A stretch of 33,990 nt of DNA. It comes from Fibrobacterota bacterium. Lineage in GTDB: Bacteria; Fibrobacterota; Fibrobacteria; UBA11236. The DNA lies in assembly GCA_043753995.1 (NCBI GenBank), contig JAYUVP010000081.1, positions 1 through 33,990 of the forward strand, in the 5' to 3' direction. The notes under the pieces are model-generated. The model searched no databases and was not told the DNA's origin. It saw nothing but the letters and a program-made list of their open reading frames with translations. The position numbers were made by a program, and so were the translations under genes. This document shows, one piece after another, positions 26,360 to 33,945 of this stretch (the first letter of the stretch is position 1; each line of letters begins with the position of its first letter).

Positions 26360-26779
26360 TTATACGCCGTCTCGATTCCACAGCAGCCATTTTTCCGGTT
26401 TGTTGCCTGAGGCTGTAAGGAAAGATTCGAAAGAACCCTTTTGTACGTGGCGAATGGGTATGGTCAATTGGCCGGAGTCGGCCTTAAAGCCCTGAAATTC
26501 TTCGTTGCAATTCTTTCTTTGCCGAGAACTGGCATATTGCAATTGCAATTCGGCGTCTTTTTGTTCCCAGCGGCCTTTCATTTCGAGCATGAGGCAATTT
26601 GCGAGGCTGTGGGCTTCACTAAAGCTGCCGTCGGCTTGGAACTCTCGGTGCAAGTCATAATGGTCTTCGCGGTATTCGGGGTCGGAGACGGCATATTTAC
26701 CGGTTTCCAAAGGTTTTTCCTTTTGGCAGGCCAGAAGCCCCAGGCTCACAGCAAAAAACACCCTTTTCCAACTTTTCAT
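26360..26779 (-). CDS. Hypothetical lipoprotein (possibly lipocalin-like beta barrel)
   Basis: AAGGAG RBS before ATG 26779; MKSWKRVFFAVSLGLLA|C lipobox; 'FQADGSF' and 'KGRW' strands; two further Cys. Confidence 0.78.
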   Translation of the reverse strand: MKSWKRVFFAVSLGLLACQKEKPLETGKYAVSDPEYREDHYDLHREFQADGSFSEAHSLANCLMLEMKGRWEQKDAELQLQYASSRQRKNCNEEFQGFKADSGQLTIPIRHVQKGSFESFLTASGNKPEKWLLWNRDGV

Positions 26780-26834
26780 AACCTGTCTCCTTAACGGCTC
26801 CAATTATCGCATTTTGGGAAATGCGCTTTCCGTA

Positions 26835-26865
26835 TTGCCGCCGACTCTTAGGTAGGCTAGATTTG
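26835..26865 (+). promoter_or_regulatory. sigma70-type promoter for tRNA-Pro
   Basis: TTGCCG (26835-26840), 17 nt, TAGATT(TG) (26858-26865). Confidence 0.65.
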
Positions 26866-26908
26866 CTTCCCCTCGGTATTTCCGGGGAATATCATCGCCG
26901 TGCCGGTG

Positions 26909-26985
26909 CGGGGTTTAGCTCAGTCTGGTAGAGCATCTGGTTTGGGACCAGAGGGTCGCATGTTCGAATCGTGTAGCCCCGACCA
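26909..26985 (+). tRNA. tRNA-Pro (anticodon UGG)
   Basis: 77 nt; acceptor stem CGGGGTT/AGCCCCG, D arm GCTC/GAGC, anticodon arm TCTGG-TTTGGGA-CCAGA, TTCGAAT T loop, encoded CCA. Confidence 0.98.
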
Positions 26986-27002
26986 CCGACACGGCGTATT
27001 AA

Positions 27003-27163
27003 GAGCACCACTATCAACCGCATTCCGGCTACGGCCGGCTGCGAAGACCGACTACTTCGTTAGGCTCAGTTGCGATAATTCAATCATTATCGCGCCTTCG
27101 CCTGCCTTGAAGTCCGCCTTCTCGCTCGCCCTCGCTATCGAAATCCGGTTAATAGTGGTGCCC
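27003..27163. mobile_element. 161-bp MITE-like element (IS5/Harbinger-type ends) with TAA target duplication
   Basis: Terminal inverted repeats GAGCACCACTATCAACCGCATT / AATCCGGTTAATAGTGGTGCCC (19/22), TAA on both flanks (27000-27002 and 27164-27166), centred hairpin GCGATAAT-6-ATTATCGC. No transposase. Confidence 0.65.
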
Positions 27164-27230
27164 TAAAGTCAGGTCTCCACCGGACGACAAATAAAAACGC
27201 GTTTTGTTTAAATGCTTTAATAAATAAGCC

Positions 27231-27266
27231 AAAAAAATTCGCCCCTACCTTGCGGCCGGGGCGAAT
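27231..27266 (-). terminator. Intrinsic terminator of the 59-aa gene
   Basis: 9-bp stem ATTCGCCCC/GGGGCGAAT with an A7 run on plus (U tract on minus). Confidence 0.75.
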
Positions 27267-27306
27267 CCCACCCCCTCCTCAATTGAGGAGGCACTCCAAA
27301 ATCATT

Positions 27307-27486
27307 TTACAGCTTGTCTATGAATTCGTCCACGGTATGAGTGGCATTCAATAGGATTTTGATATCGACGAAGTCGTCTTTACCAATTATTCGTTCTCGT
27401 TTAGGGCGGCCCGCGAAAAGAGGAATAAATTCCTGTCCTAAAACCTTTTCGAGTTTGACCGACCTATCATCGCGTATCGGACTCAT
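27307..27486 (-). CDS. Small protein (59 aa), sigma54-driven, unknown function
   Basis: MSPIRDDRSVKLEKVLGQEFIPLFAGRPKRERIIGKDDFVDIKILLNATHTVDEFIDKL. Purine-rich AGGAAAGGG upstream of ATG 27486, with a promoter before and a terminator after. The track's 98-aa start runs through the promoter. Confidence 0.75.
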   Translation of the reverse strand: MSPIRDDRSVKLEKVLGQEFIPLFAGRPKRERIIGKDDFVDIKILLNATHTVDEFIDKL

Positions 27487-27522
27487 ATCGTGCCCACCCT
27501 TTCCTGATGTATAGAGCATAAC

Positions 27523-27538
27523 GCAATCGCGGTGCCAA
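27523..27538 (-). promoter_or_regulatory. sigma54 (-24/-12) promoter
   Basis: Minus strand TTGGCAC-CGCGA-TTGC matches TGGCAC-N5-TTGC exactly, 36 nt upstream of the small ORF start. Confidence 0.85.
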
Positions 27539-27690
27539 TGCATGCCATGTCTATGAATGTCAGCAAATTGTTCAAAAGGAGTGATTTGACTGAAATTGGA
27601 CAAGGGGGTAGGTGTACAGTTTTGGACCTAAGTGTCCAATTACTTTACAACGGTGACACAAAGGGCACCGGATCGAGTTACTAGGGCGCC

Positions 27691-29139
27691 CTAGAGTTCT
27701 TGATTCAACTGGGGCGAGTCGGTGACCGTGGCCTCAAGTTGATGCTCTTTTAACTTACGCCACAGGGTCGAACGGGATATCCCGAGCCGCCGGGCAGCTT
27801 CGGTGTGGTTGTGCTTGCACACTTCCAGGGCTTGGATGATGTAATTCTTTTCCAATTCGGCCAGGCTGACTATGGCCTCAGGTTTGTCGGGATTGGCAGG
27901 TAAGCCTGAGGCGGCGGACTCGGCTTCAACCGGGGTTTCGCCCCGGGGTAAGGCTAGCATGGGGCGGGCGACATCGGGTAATACCAAGTACTCGGGCAAA
28001 TCCTCTAGGACCAGCTTGTCGCCTTCGCAAAGTGTCACGGCATGCTCAATGATGTTTTCGAGCTGGCGAATATTGCCGGGATAGTCGTAACTCAATAGGA
28101 TGGCTTCGGCATCCTTGGCCATGCCGGTGATGTTTTTCTTGTTCAGTGCGGCGTATTTCTTGACGAAGTTGCGAATCAAGCCGGTGATGGAATTGCGGCG
28201 ATCGCGCAAGGGAGGCAAGGTGAGATGGAAAATGCTGAGGCGATAATACAGATCTTCGCGGAAGGTGCCTTGCTGAATGGCCTTATGCAAATCGCGATTC
28301 GTCGCTGCGATAACGCGCACGTCGACATAGCGCGATTCGGTGTCGCCGACGCGGCGGATTTCGCGTTCTTGTAAAAAGCGCAGTAGCTTGACCTGGGTTT
28401 GCAGGGAGAGTTCGCCGATTTCGTCGAGGAAAAGCGTTCCTTTGTCCGCGACTTCGAAAAGGCCTTTTTTATCGGCTATCGATCCGGTATAACTGCCGCG
28501 TCTAGAGCCGAACAATTCGGACTCGACGAGATTTTCAGGAATGGCTCCGCAATTGACGGCGACGAAATTTTCATCGCCTCGCTGGGAAAGGCGATGAATG
28601 ATATTCGCCAAAAACTCCTTGCCGGTTCCGCTTTCGCCCGTGACCAAGATGGTGCTTCCCGTAGGAGCCACCTTGATTACCGTGCGCAAGATTTTCTTCA
28701 TGCTGGGCGAACTACCGAGCAAATCCTCTAGGACGCGCTCTTCGAGATCGCGGCCATGCTTGCGGGCGAAGGACCGGCTAATGGCCTTTTGCGCCAGGGT
28801 TTCCAGCAATTTGATATTGACGGGCTTAATGAGAAAGCTATGCGCGCCGCGTTGCACGGCGCCTTCTGCCTTCTGGGTATCGCGCACCGTGGCCAAGATG
28901 AAAACCTCGATGCCGGGATTTCTGTCTCGGGCTAAGTCGAGTATGTCGAGACTGTCGATGGTGAAAAGCTCGGTCGACAGGAAAAGGGCGGTGATGCCGC
29001 CCTGGGACAGCAGCTTGATGGCGCTTTGGCCGCCGCTGCTTTCCATGATCTCGGTATCGGGAATGGACCAGGTATTGAAAACCTCTTTCTTCAACTCCGA
29101 ATCGGAGTCGAGAATAAAGATTTTGCTTGGTTCAGTCAT
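27691..29139 (-). CDS. NtrC-family sigma54 enhancer-binding protein with degenerate receiver domain
   Basis: REC-like N-terminus (FLIKP), Walker A GESGTGKE, ESELFG, GSYTGS loop, Walker B LFLDEIGE, FREDLYYRL, YPGNIRQL and a Fis-type HTH AARRLGISRSTLWRKL. Confidence 0.93.
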   Translation of the reverse strand: MTEPSKIFILDSDSELKKEVFNTWSIPDTEIMESSGGQSAIKLLSQGGITALFLSTELFTIDSLDILDLARDRNPGIEVFILATVRDTQKAEGAVQRGAHSFLIKPVNIKLLETLAQKAISRSFARKHGRDLEERVLEDLLGSSPSMKKILRTVIKVAPTGSTILVTGESGTGKEFLANIIHRLSQRGDENFVAVNCGAIPENLVESELFGSRRGSYTGSIADKKGLFEVADKGTLFLDEIGELSLQTQVKLLRFLQEREIRRVGDTESRYVDVRVIAATNRDLHKAIQQGTFREDLYYRLSIFHLTLPPLRDRRNSITGLIRNFVKKYAALNKKNITGMAKDAEAILLSYDYPGNIRQLENIIEHAVTLCEGDKLVLEDLPEYLVLPDVARPMLALPRGETPVEAESAASGLPANPDKPEAIVSLAELEKNYIIQALEVCKHNHTEAARRLGISRSTLWRKLKEHQLEATVTDSPQLNQEL

Positions 29140-29166
29140 GCTAATGAATTCCCGAGTTCGCTAAAC

Positions 29167-30288
29167 CTAGCCCCCAAAGAATTGCTTGGCTTTCTCGAAA
29201 AAGCTTTTGTGAGGCTTTTCGACCCATAACTTTTGCAATTCCTTGAGCAATTCCGTCTCGCGGGCCGAAAGCTCAACGGGCGTGTGGCAATGCAGCTTAA
29301 CATACAAGCTGCCTTTTCCCGCGCCATTGAGATCGGGCAAGCCCTTGCCCTTGAGCCGCAAGACTTTTTCGCTTTGCGTGCCCTCGGCCACCTTGAGGTC
29401 GACTTCGCCATCCAGTGTATTGACCATGACGGGTCCGCCCAGGGCCAAGGTGGTGAAAGGCACTTCCACGGTGCAATGCAAATCATTGCCGCGCCGCTCG
29501 AAATACTCGTCCTTTTGCTCCTTGATAGCGACCAGCAAATCGCCCGAAGGTCCACCTTGTTGGCCGCGATGACCTTCGCCACGCAAGGTGAGATAATTGC
29601 TTTCCTCAATGCCTGCAGGTACGTCGATCGAGATTTGCACTTCTTCAAGCAAGCGGCCAGCGCCTTCGCAATCGCTGCAGCGCGATTGCACCGACGACCC
29701 CATGCCACCGCATTCCGGGCAAGTCGTGACATTCACGATTTGTCCAAAAAAGCTGCTTTGCACTTGGCGCACCTGGCCTTGCCCGGCGCAAACCTGGCAG
29801 GTTTTCTTTCCCGTGCCGCCCGCGCCTTCGCATTTGGCGCAACGATTGTAGCGTCGTAGCTTCACCTTTTTGGTCACGCCGGTGGCGATGTCCAAAAGGG
29901 AGAGCGTCAAGGCGATTTGCAAATCCTGTCCACGCGGAGGACCGCCGCGACCGCGTCGACCGCCGCCTCGACCGAAAAAGTCGCCTCCGAAAATGTCTCC
30001 GAAGGCGCTGAAGATGTCCTCGAAATTCGAGAAGCCCTGCGGTCCGCCCGGACCGCCGCCGCTCATGCCGGCATGGCCGAAGCGATCGTATTGGGCTCGC
30101 TTTTGCTCGTCGGAAAGGACGGCATAGGCTTCGGCGGCTTCCTTGAAGCGTTCTTCGGCCTCTTTATCGCCCGGATTTTTGTCCGGGTGATATTTGATGG
30201 CCATCTTTTTATAAGCCGTCTTGATGCCGCCTACATCGACTTCGCGGCTGAGGCCCAAGACCTCATAGTAGTCGCGTTTCTGAGCCAC
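29167..30288 (-). CDS. dnaJ: Chaperone DnaJ
   Basis: J domain with HPD, G/F-rich region, four CxxCxGxG repeats. The GTG start overlaps the dnaK TAG by one base. Confidence 0.97.
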   Translation of the reverse strand: MAQKRDYYEVLGLSREVDVGGIKTAYKKMAIKYHPDKNPGDKEAEERFKEAAEAYAVLSDEQKRAQYDRFGHAGMSGGGPGGPQGFSNFEDIFSAFGDIFGGDFFGRGGGRRGRGGPPRGQDLQIALTLSLLDIATGVTKKVKLRRYNRCAKCEGAGGTGKKTCQVCAGQGQVRQVQSSFFGQIVNVTTCPECGGMGSSVQSRCSDCEGAGRLLEEVQISIDVPAGIEESNYLTLRGEGHRGQQGGPSGDLLVAIKEQKDEYFERRGNDLHCTVEVPFTTLALGGPVMVNTLDGEVDLKVAEGTQSEKVLRLKGKGLPDLNGAGKGSLYVKLHCHTPVELSARETELLKELQKLWVEKPHKSFFEKAKQFFGG

Positions 30289-32207
30289 TAGTCGACCACT
30301 TCAAAATCAGCGTCGACTGCACCGTCCTTGCCTGCGCCTTTTGCGGCTCCGGCTTTGGCTTCGGCACCGGCATCCGCACCCGGAGCGGTCTTAGCATTCT
30401 CCGCAGCGGCCTTGTACATGGCCTCGGAAAGCTTGTGACTGCTCTCTTCGAGTTTTTGCATGGCGGCCTTGGTGGCTTCCAAGTCATCGCCCTTGGCGAC
30501 TTTCTTCAAGCCTTCGATTGCCGCCTCGACGGTTTCTTTTTCCGCGGCCGAAATCTTGTCACCATGTTCCTTGACCAGCTTCTCGACATTATAGAGCAAG
30601 TGTTCGGCTTGGTTATGCACCTCGGCCTTTTCCTTCTCCTGCTTGTCGAGCTCCGCATTGGCCTCGGCTTCCTTGACCATGCGATTGATGTCGTCCTCGG
30701 AAATGCCCGAGCTCGCTTCAATCTTGATCTTCTGCTCTTTGCCGGTGGCCTTGTCCTTGGCCGAAACATGCACGATACCGTTGGCATCGATGTCGAAAGT
30801 GACTTCGACCTGGGGCATGCCGCGAGGGGACGGGGGAATGCCGGTCAATTCAAAGCGGCCCAGAGTCCGGTTATGCCGCGCCATTTCGCGCTCGCCTTGC
30901 ATCACGTGAATGCTGACGGCGGTTTGATTGTCCTCGGCGGTGCTGAAGACCTGGCTCTTGCGCGAGGGAATGGTGGTATTGCGCTCGATGAGGCGAGTCA
31001 TGACCCCACCCAAGGTCTCGATGCCCAGGGAAAGCGGGGTCACGTCGAGCAGCAAAACGTCTTTCACCGCACTGTCGCCAGCGAGAACGCCTGCCTGCAC
31101 GGCGGCGCCCACGGCCACGACTTCATCGGGGTTCACGCCCTTATGGGGTTCCTTGCCGAAGAATTCCTTGACCTTGTCCTGTATGGCCGGAATACGGGTC
31201 GAGCCACCGACGAGTATGACTTCGTCGATTTCCTTGATGGTCTTGCCGGCGTCCTTCAGGGCGAGACGGCAGGGTTCCATGCTCTTTTCGACGAGGGCCA
31301 AGGTGATTTGATTGAACTTGGCGCGAGTCAAATTCAGTTCCAAATGCTTGGGACCGTTTTGATCGGCGGTGATGAAGGGCAGATTGATGGTGGTCTGCGT
31401 CGATCCCGAAAGATCGATCTTGGCCTTTTCCGCCGCTTCCTTCAGGCGCTGCAAGGCCATGCGATCTTTGCGCAAGTCGATGGAATTCTCTTTTTGGAAT
31501 TCTTCGGCAATCCAATCGATGATGGCTTGGTCAAAGTCGTCACCGCCCAAATGGGTGTCGCCATTGGTGCTCTTCACTTCGAAGACGCCGTCGCCGATTT
31601 CGAGAATGGAAATATCGAAGGTGCCGCCACCGAGATCATAAACGGCGATGGTTTCATTGGTCTTCTTGTCGAGACCATAGGCCAAGGCCGCTGCCGTGGG
31701 CTCGTTCACGATGCGCAAGACTTCGAGGCCGGCGATTTTGCCCGCATCCTTGGTGGCTTGGCGCTGGCTGTCATTGAAATAAGCGGGAACGGTGATGACG
31801 GCTTGGGTGACGGTTTCACCCAAATAGTCTTCGGCCACTTTTTTCATGGCTTGCAAGATCATGGCCGAAATTTCCGGAGGCGTGAATTTCTTTCCATCGA
31901 TGTCGACCGCGGCCAAGTCGGCCCCGCCGCCCACGATGCGATAAGGCATGCGCTTGCCTTCTTTTTCGGCTTCATTGCCGCGCTTACCCATGAAGCGCTT
32001 GATGGAATAAACCGTTTTTTCGGCATTGGTGATGGCCTGGCGCTTGGCCACGTGGCCTACCAGCTTTTCGCCGCTTTTGGTGAAGGCCACGATGGATGGC
32101 GTGGTGCGATGGCCTTCGGCGTTGGGAATCACGACGGGCTTGCCGCCCTCCATGACCGCAACGCAGGAGTTTGTCGTTCCGAGATCGATACCGATAATCT
32201 TGCCCAT
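30288..32207 (-). CDS. dnaK: Chaperone DnaK (Hsp70)
   Basis: [44 protein letters not shown]-terminal VDADFEVVD. Confidence 0.99.
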   Translation of the reverse strand: MGKIIGIDLGTTNSCVAVMEGGKPVVIPNAEGHRTTPSIVAFTKSGEKLVGHVAKRQAITNAEKTVYSIKRFMGKRGNEAEKEGKRMPYRIVGGGADLAAVDIDGKKFTPPEISAMILQAMKKVAEDYLGETVTQAVITVPAYFNDSQRQATKDAGKIAGLEVLRIVNEPTAAALAYGLDKKTNETIAVYDLGGGTFDISILEIGDGVFEVKSTNGDTHLGGDDFDQAIIDWIAEEFQKENSIDLRKDRMALQRLKEAAEKAKIDLSGSTQTTINLPFITADQNGPKHLELNLTRAKFNQITLALVEKSMEPCRLALKDAGKTIKEIDEVILVGGSTRIPAIQDKVKEFFGKEPHKGVNPDEVVAVGAAVQAGVLAGDSAVKDVLLLDVTPLSLGIETLGGVMTRLIERNTTIPSRKSQVFSTAEDNQTAVSIHVMQGEREMARHNRTLGRFELTGIPPSPRGMPQVEVTFDIDANGIVHVSAKDKATGKEQKIKIEASSGISEDDINRMVKEAEANAELDKQEKEKAEVHNQAEHLLYNVEKLVKEHGDKISAAEKETVEAAIEGLKKVAKGDDLEATKAAMQKLEESSHKLSEAMYKAAAENAKTAPGADAGAEAKAGAAKGAGKDGAVDADFEVVD

Positions 32208-32222
32208 GATGGTGCTCCTGTT

Positions 32223-32774
32223 TTATCCGCGGCCCAGCGACACGATGACGCGGGCATGTTTGAGAATTTTGTTCTTCAGCTTCCAGCCCTTTTGCAGCAC
32301 GCTTACGATGTGGTTTTCGGCCACGGTTTCGCTAGGCTGTTGCATGAGGGCCTCATGCAAATTCGGATCGAAATTCTGCCCTTGCGGGTCAAGGGCTTCA
32401 AGCCCTTCGTCTTCGAGCAATTGCTGGAAGCGCGTGTGTATGAGTCGAATGCCTTTTTCGAAATCCTCGGGAGTCGCGCCCTTATTACGGGGGTCGAAAG
32501 CGAGGTTGAAATTGTCGAGCACCTCGGTCAGCTTGCCGATGAGCTTGGCATTGGCGGTGGAGATGAGTTCGACGTTTTCCTTGGCCGTGCGACGGCGAAA
32601 ATTGTCGAACTCGGCGAAGAGACGAAGGTATTTGTCCTTCATTTCCTTGAGTTCGGTTTCGGCCGAAGACGAAGTCTGTGTCTGCGAGCCCGAATTCGCG
32701 CCTTGGCCTTCGGCCTTGGCTTCTTCCCGGTTCTCGTCAGCCTTGCGGTCGAGTTCTTCTTGCGTTGACGTCAT
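32223..32774 (-). CDS. grpE: Nucleotide exchange factor GrpE
   Basis: YLRLFAEFDNFRRR, FDPNLHEA and QKGW....ILKHARVIV. Confidence 0.96.
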   Translation of the reverse strand: MTSTQEELDRKADENREEAKAEGQGANSGSQTQTSSSAETELKEMKDKYLRLFAEFDNFRRRTAKENVELISTANAKLIGKLTEVLDNFNLAFDPRNKGATPEDFEKGIRLIHTRFQQLLEDEGLEALDPQGQNFDPNLHEALMQQPSETVAENHIVSVLQKGWKLKNKILKHARVIVSLGRG

Positions 32775-32787
32775 GACTCCCCAAAAT

Positions 32788-33858
32788 TCAGCTCTCGACG
32801 CCTTGAGGCGCGAGGTTTCGGTTCAAAATCCCTGCGGTGTGATGCACCAGGGCGATAAGGCGATTGTAGGGCAGTCGTTTAGGTCCCATGACCCCGACTA
32901 GACCCCGGTTGCCGCCCTTTTCATAGGCTTCCGTGACTATGGATAGGCTGCGAAAGGCCTTGCCGTCTCGCTGTTCCTGGCCCAAGGTCACATGCACACC
33001 GTTTCGTTCTGCATTGTTTCGCAAGAAGTGGACCAAGGCAATTTTGCTTTCCACCATTTCCAAGAGGCTTTCGATATCCTCGATTTTCTCAAAATCGCGA
33101 CTGCGAAGCAGGTTATGAGCCCCTGAAACCTGTAGCTCTTGCTGCTTTTCCGCGTCAATCAGTTTCACTATAGAACGCCTCAGGAAATGCATGGCGCGGC
33201 TCTCTCCGGCGGATATGGGTCTTTCCGTGTTTGGATTCAAATGCTGATGGAGTTCGGCGACGGGCCGCCCCTGCATTTCGGCATTAAGCCGGTGGGCAAT
33301 GCTGTCGAGGCGGAAAAAAGACGTATCGAGCGTTTCATCGGAAAGTACGGTTCGAACCACCATGCCCGAGGCATGCAAAATGACGAGCACTCGGCCCTGT
33401 TCCAAGGCATGCAAGGTGAGATGGCGAAAGGTGCCTTGCTCGACGGCAGGTGAAACGGCGACGCCCACTTGATGGGTCATACGGCCCAGGAGCAGGGCGG
33501 CTTGAGTGAGGCGCTCTTGGTCGTCGACGATGTCGGCCAAGCCTTTTTCCAGCGCTTGGCGATCGGCCTCATCGAGAAGGGCCGGCTGCATTAATTCATC
33601 GATATAGGTGCGATAGCCGCTGTCAGTCGGTTTGCGTCCCGCCGAGGTATGCGGCTGCTCCACAAAGCCCATTTCGGTGAGCTCGGACATGGTATTGCGC
33701 AAGGTCGCGGAGCTGGCCTTTAAAATCGGATTGAGGCTGAGAATCTTGGACGAAACCGGTTCGGCACTGACGATATAGTGATCGACTATGGCGGTCAGCA
33801 CTTGCTGTTGCCTGCCATTGAGGCCTTCGCCGGTTTTGCCTTTGGATTTCACCTTCAT
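32788..33858 (-). CDS. hrcA: Heat-inducible transcription repressor HrcA
   Basis: RQQQVL.AIVDHYI..AEPVSS, SSATLRNTM, QPHTSAGRKPT..GYR.YID and GVMGPKRLPY. Confidence 0.95.
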   Translation of the reverse strand: MKVKSKGKTGEGLNGRQQQVLTAIVDHYIVSAEPVSSKILSLNPILKASSATLRNTMSELTEMGFVEQPHTSAGRKPTDSGYRTYIDELMQPALLDEADRQALEKGLADIVDDQERLTQAALLLGRMTHQVGVAVSPAVEQGTFRHLTLHALEQGRVLVILHASGMVVRTVLSDETLDTSFFRLDSIAHRLNAEMQGRPVAELHQHLNPNTERPISAGESRAMHFLRRSIVKLIDAEKQQELQVSGAHNLLRSRDFEKIEDIESLLEMVESKIALVHFLRNNAERNGVHVTLGQEQRDGKAFRSLSIVTEAYEKGGNRGLVGVMGPKRLPYNRLIALVHHTAGILNRNLAPQGVES

Positions 33859-33874
33859 CGTCTTTCATGGTTGC

Positions 33875-33910
33875 AAAAAAAATCCCCCGACGCCTTACGA
33901 CGCCGGGGGA
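33875..33910 (-). terminator. Intrinsic terminator between groEL and hrcA
   Basis: Minus strand TCCCCCGGCGTC-GTAA-GGCGTCGGGGGA (12 bp, 2 G-U pairs, GNRA loop) followed by T8. Confidence 0.85.
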
Positions 33911-33945
33911 AGGTGAGAGCTAGAAGAATGTCGGAAGAACCGACA

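Noticed and set aside
26900..27166. 88-aa ORF over the tRNA and MITE-like element
   Set aside because: Overlaps a clear tRNA gene, so it is spurious.
26909..27300. Prophage or genomic island integrated at tRNA-Pro
   Set aside because: No integrase and no duplicated tRNA 3' end seen in the window; only the 161-bp element follows the tRNA.
27681..27694. 14-bp palindrome CTAGGGCGCCCTAG over the activator stop codon
   Set aside because: No U tract, and too short a stem once a loop is allowed, so it cannot be called a terminator. Function unsupported.
30435..32768. 777-aa plus-strand ORF antisense to dnaK/grpE
   Set aside because: Well-known shadow frame opposite hsp70 genes, caused by codon bias and often misannotated as NAD-specific glutamate dehydrogenase. 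It has no independent motifs or expression signals.
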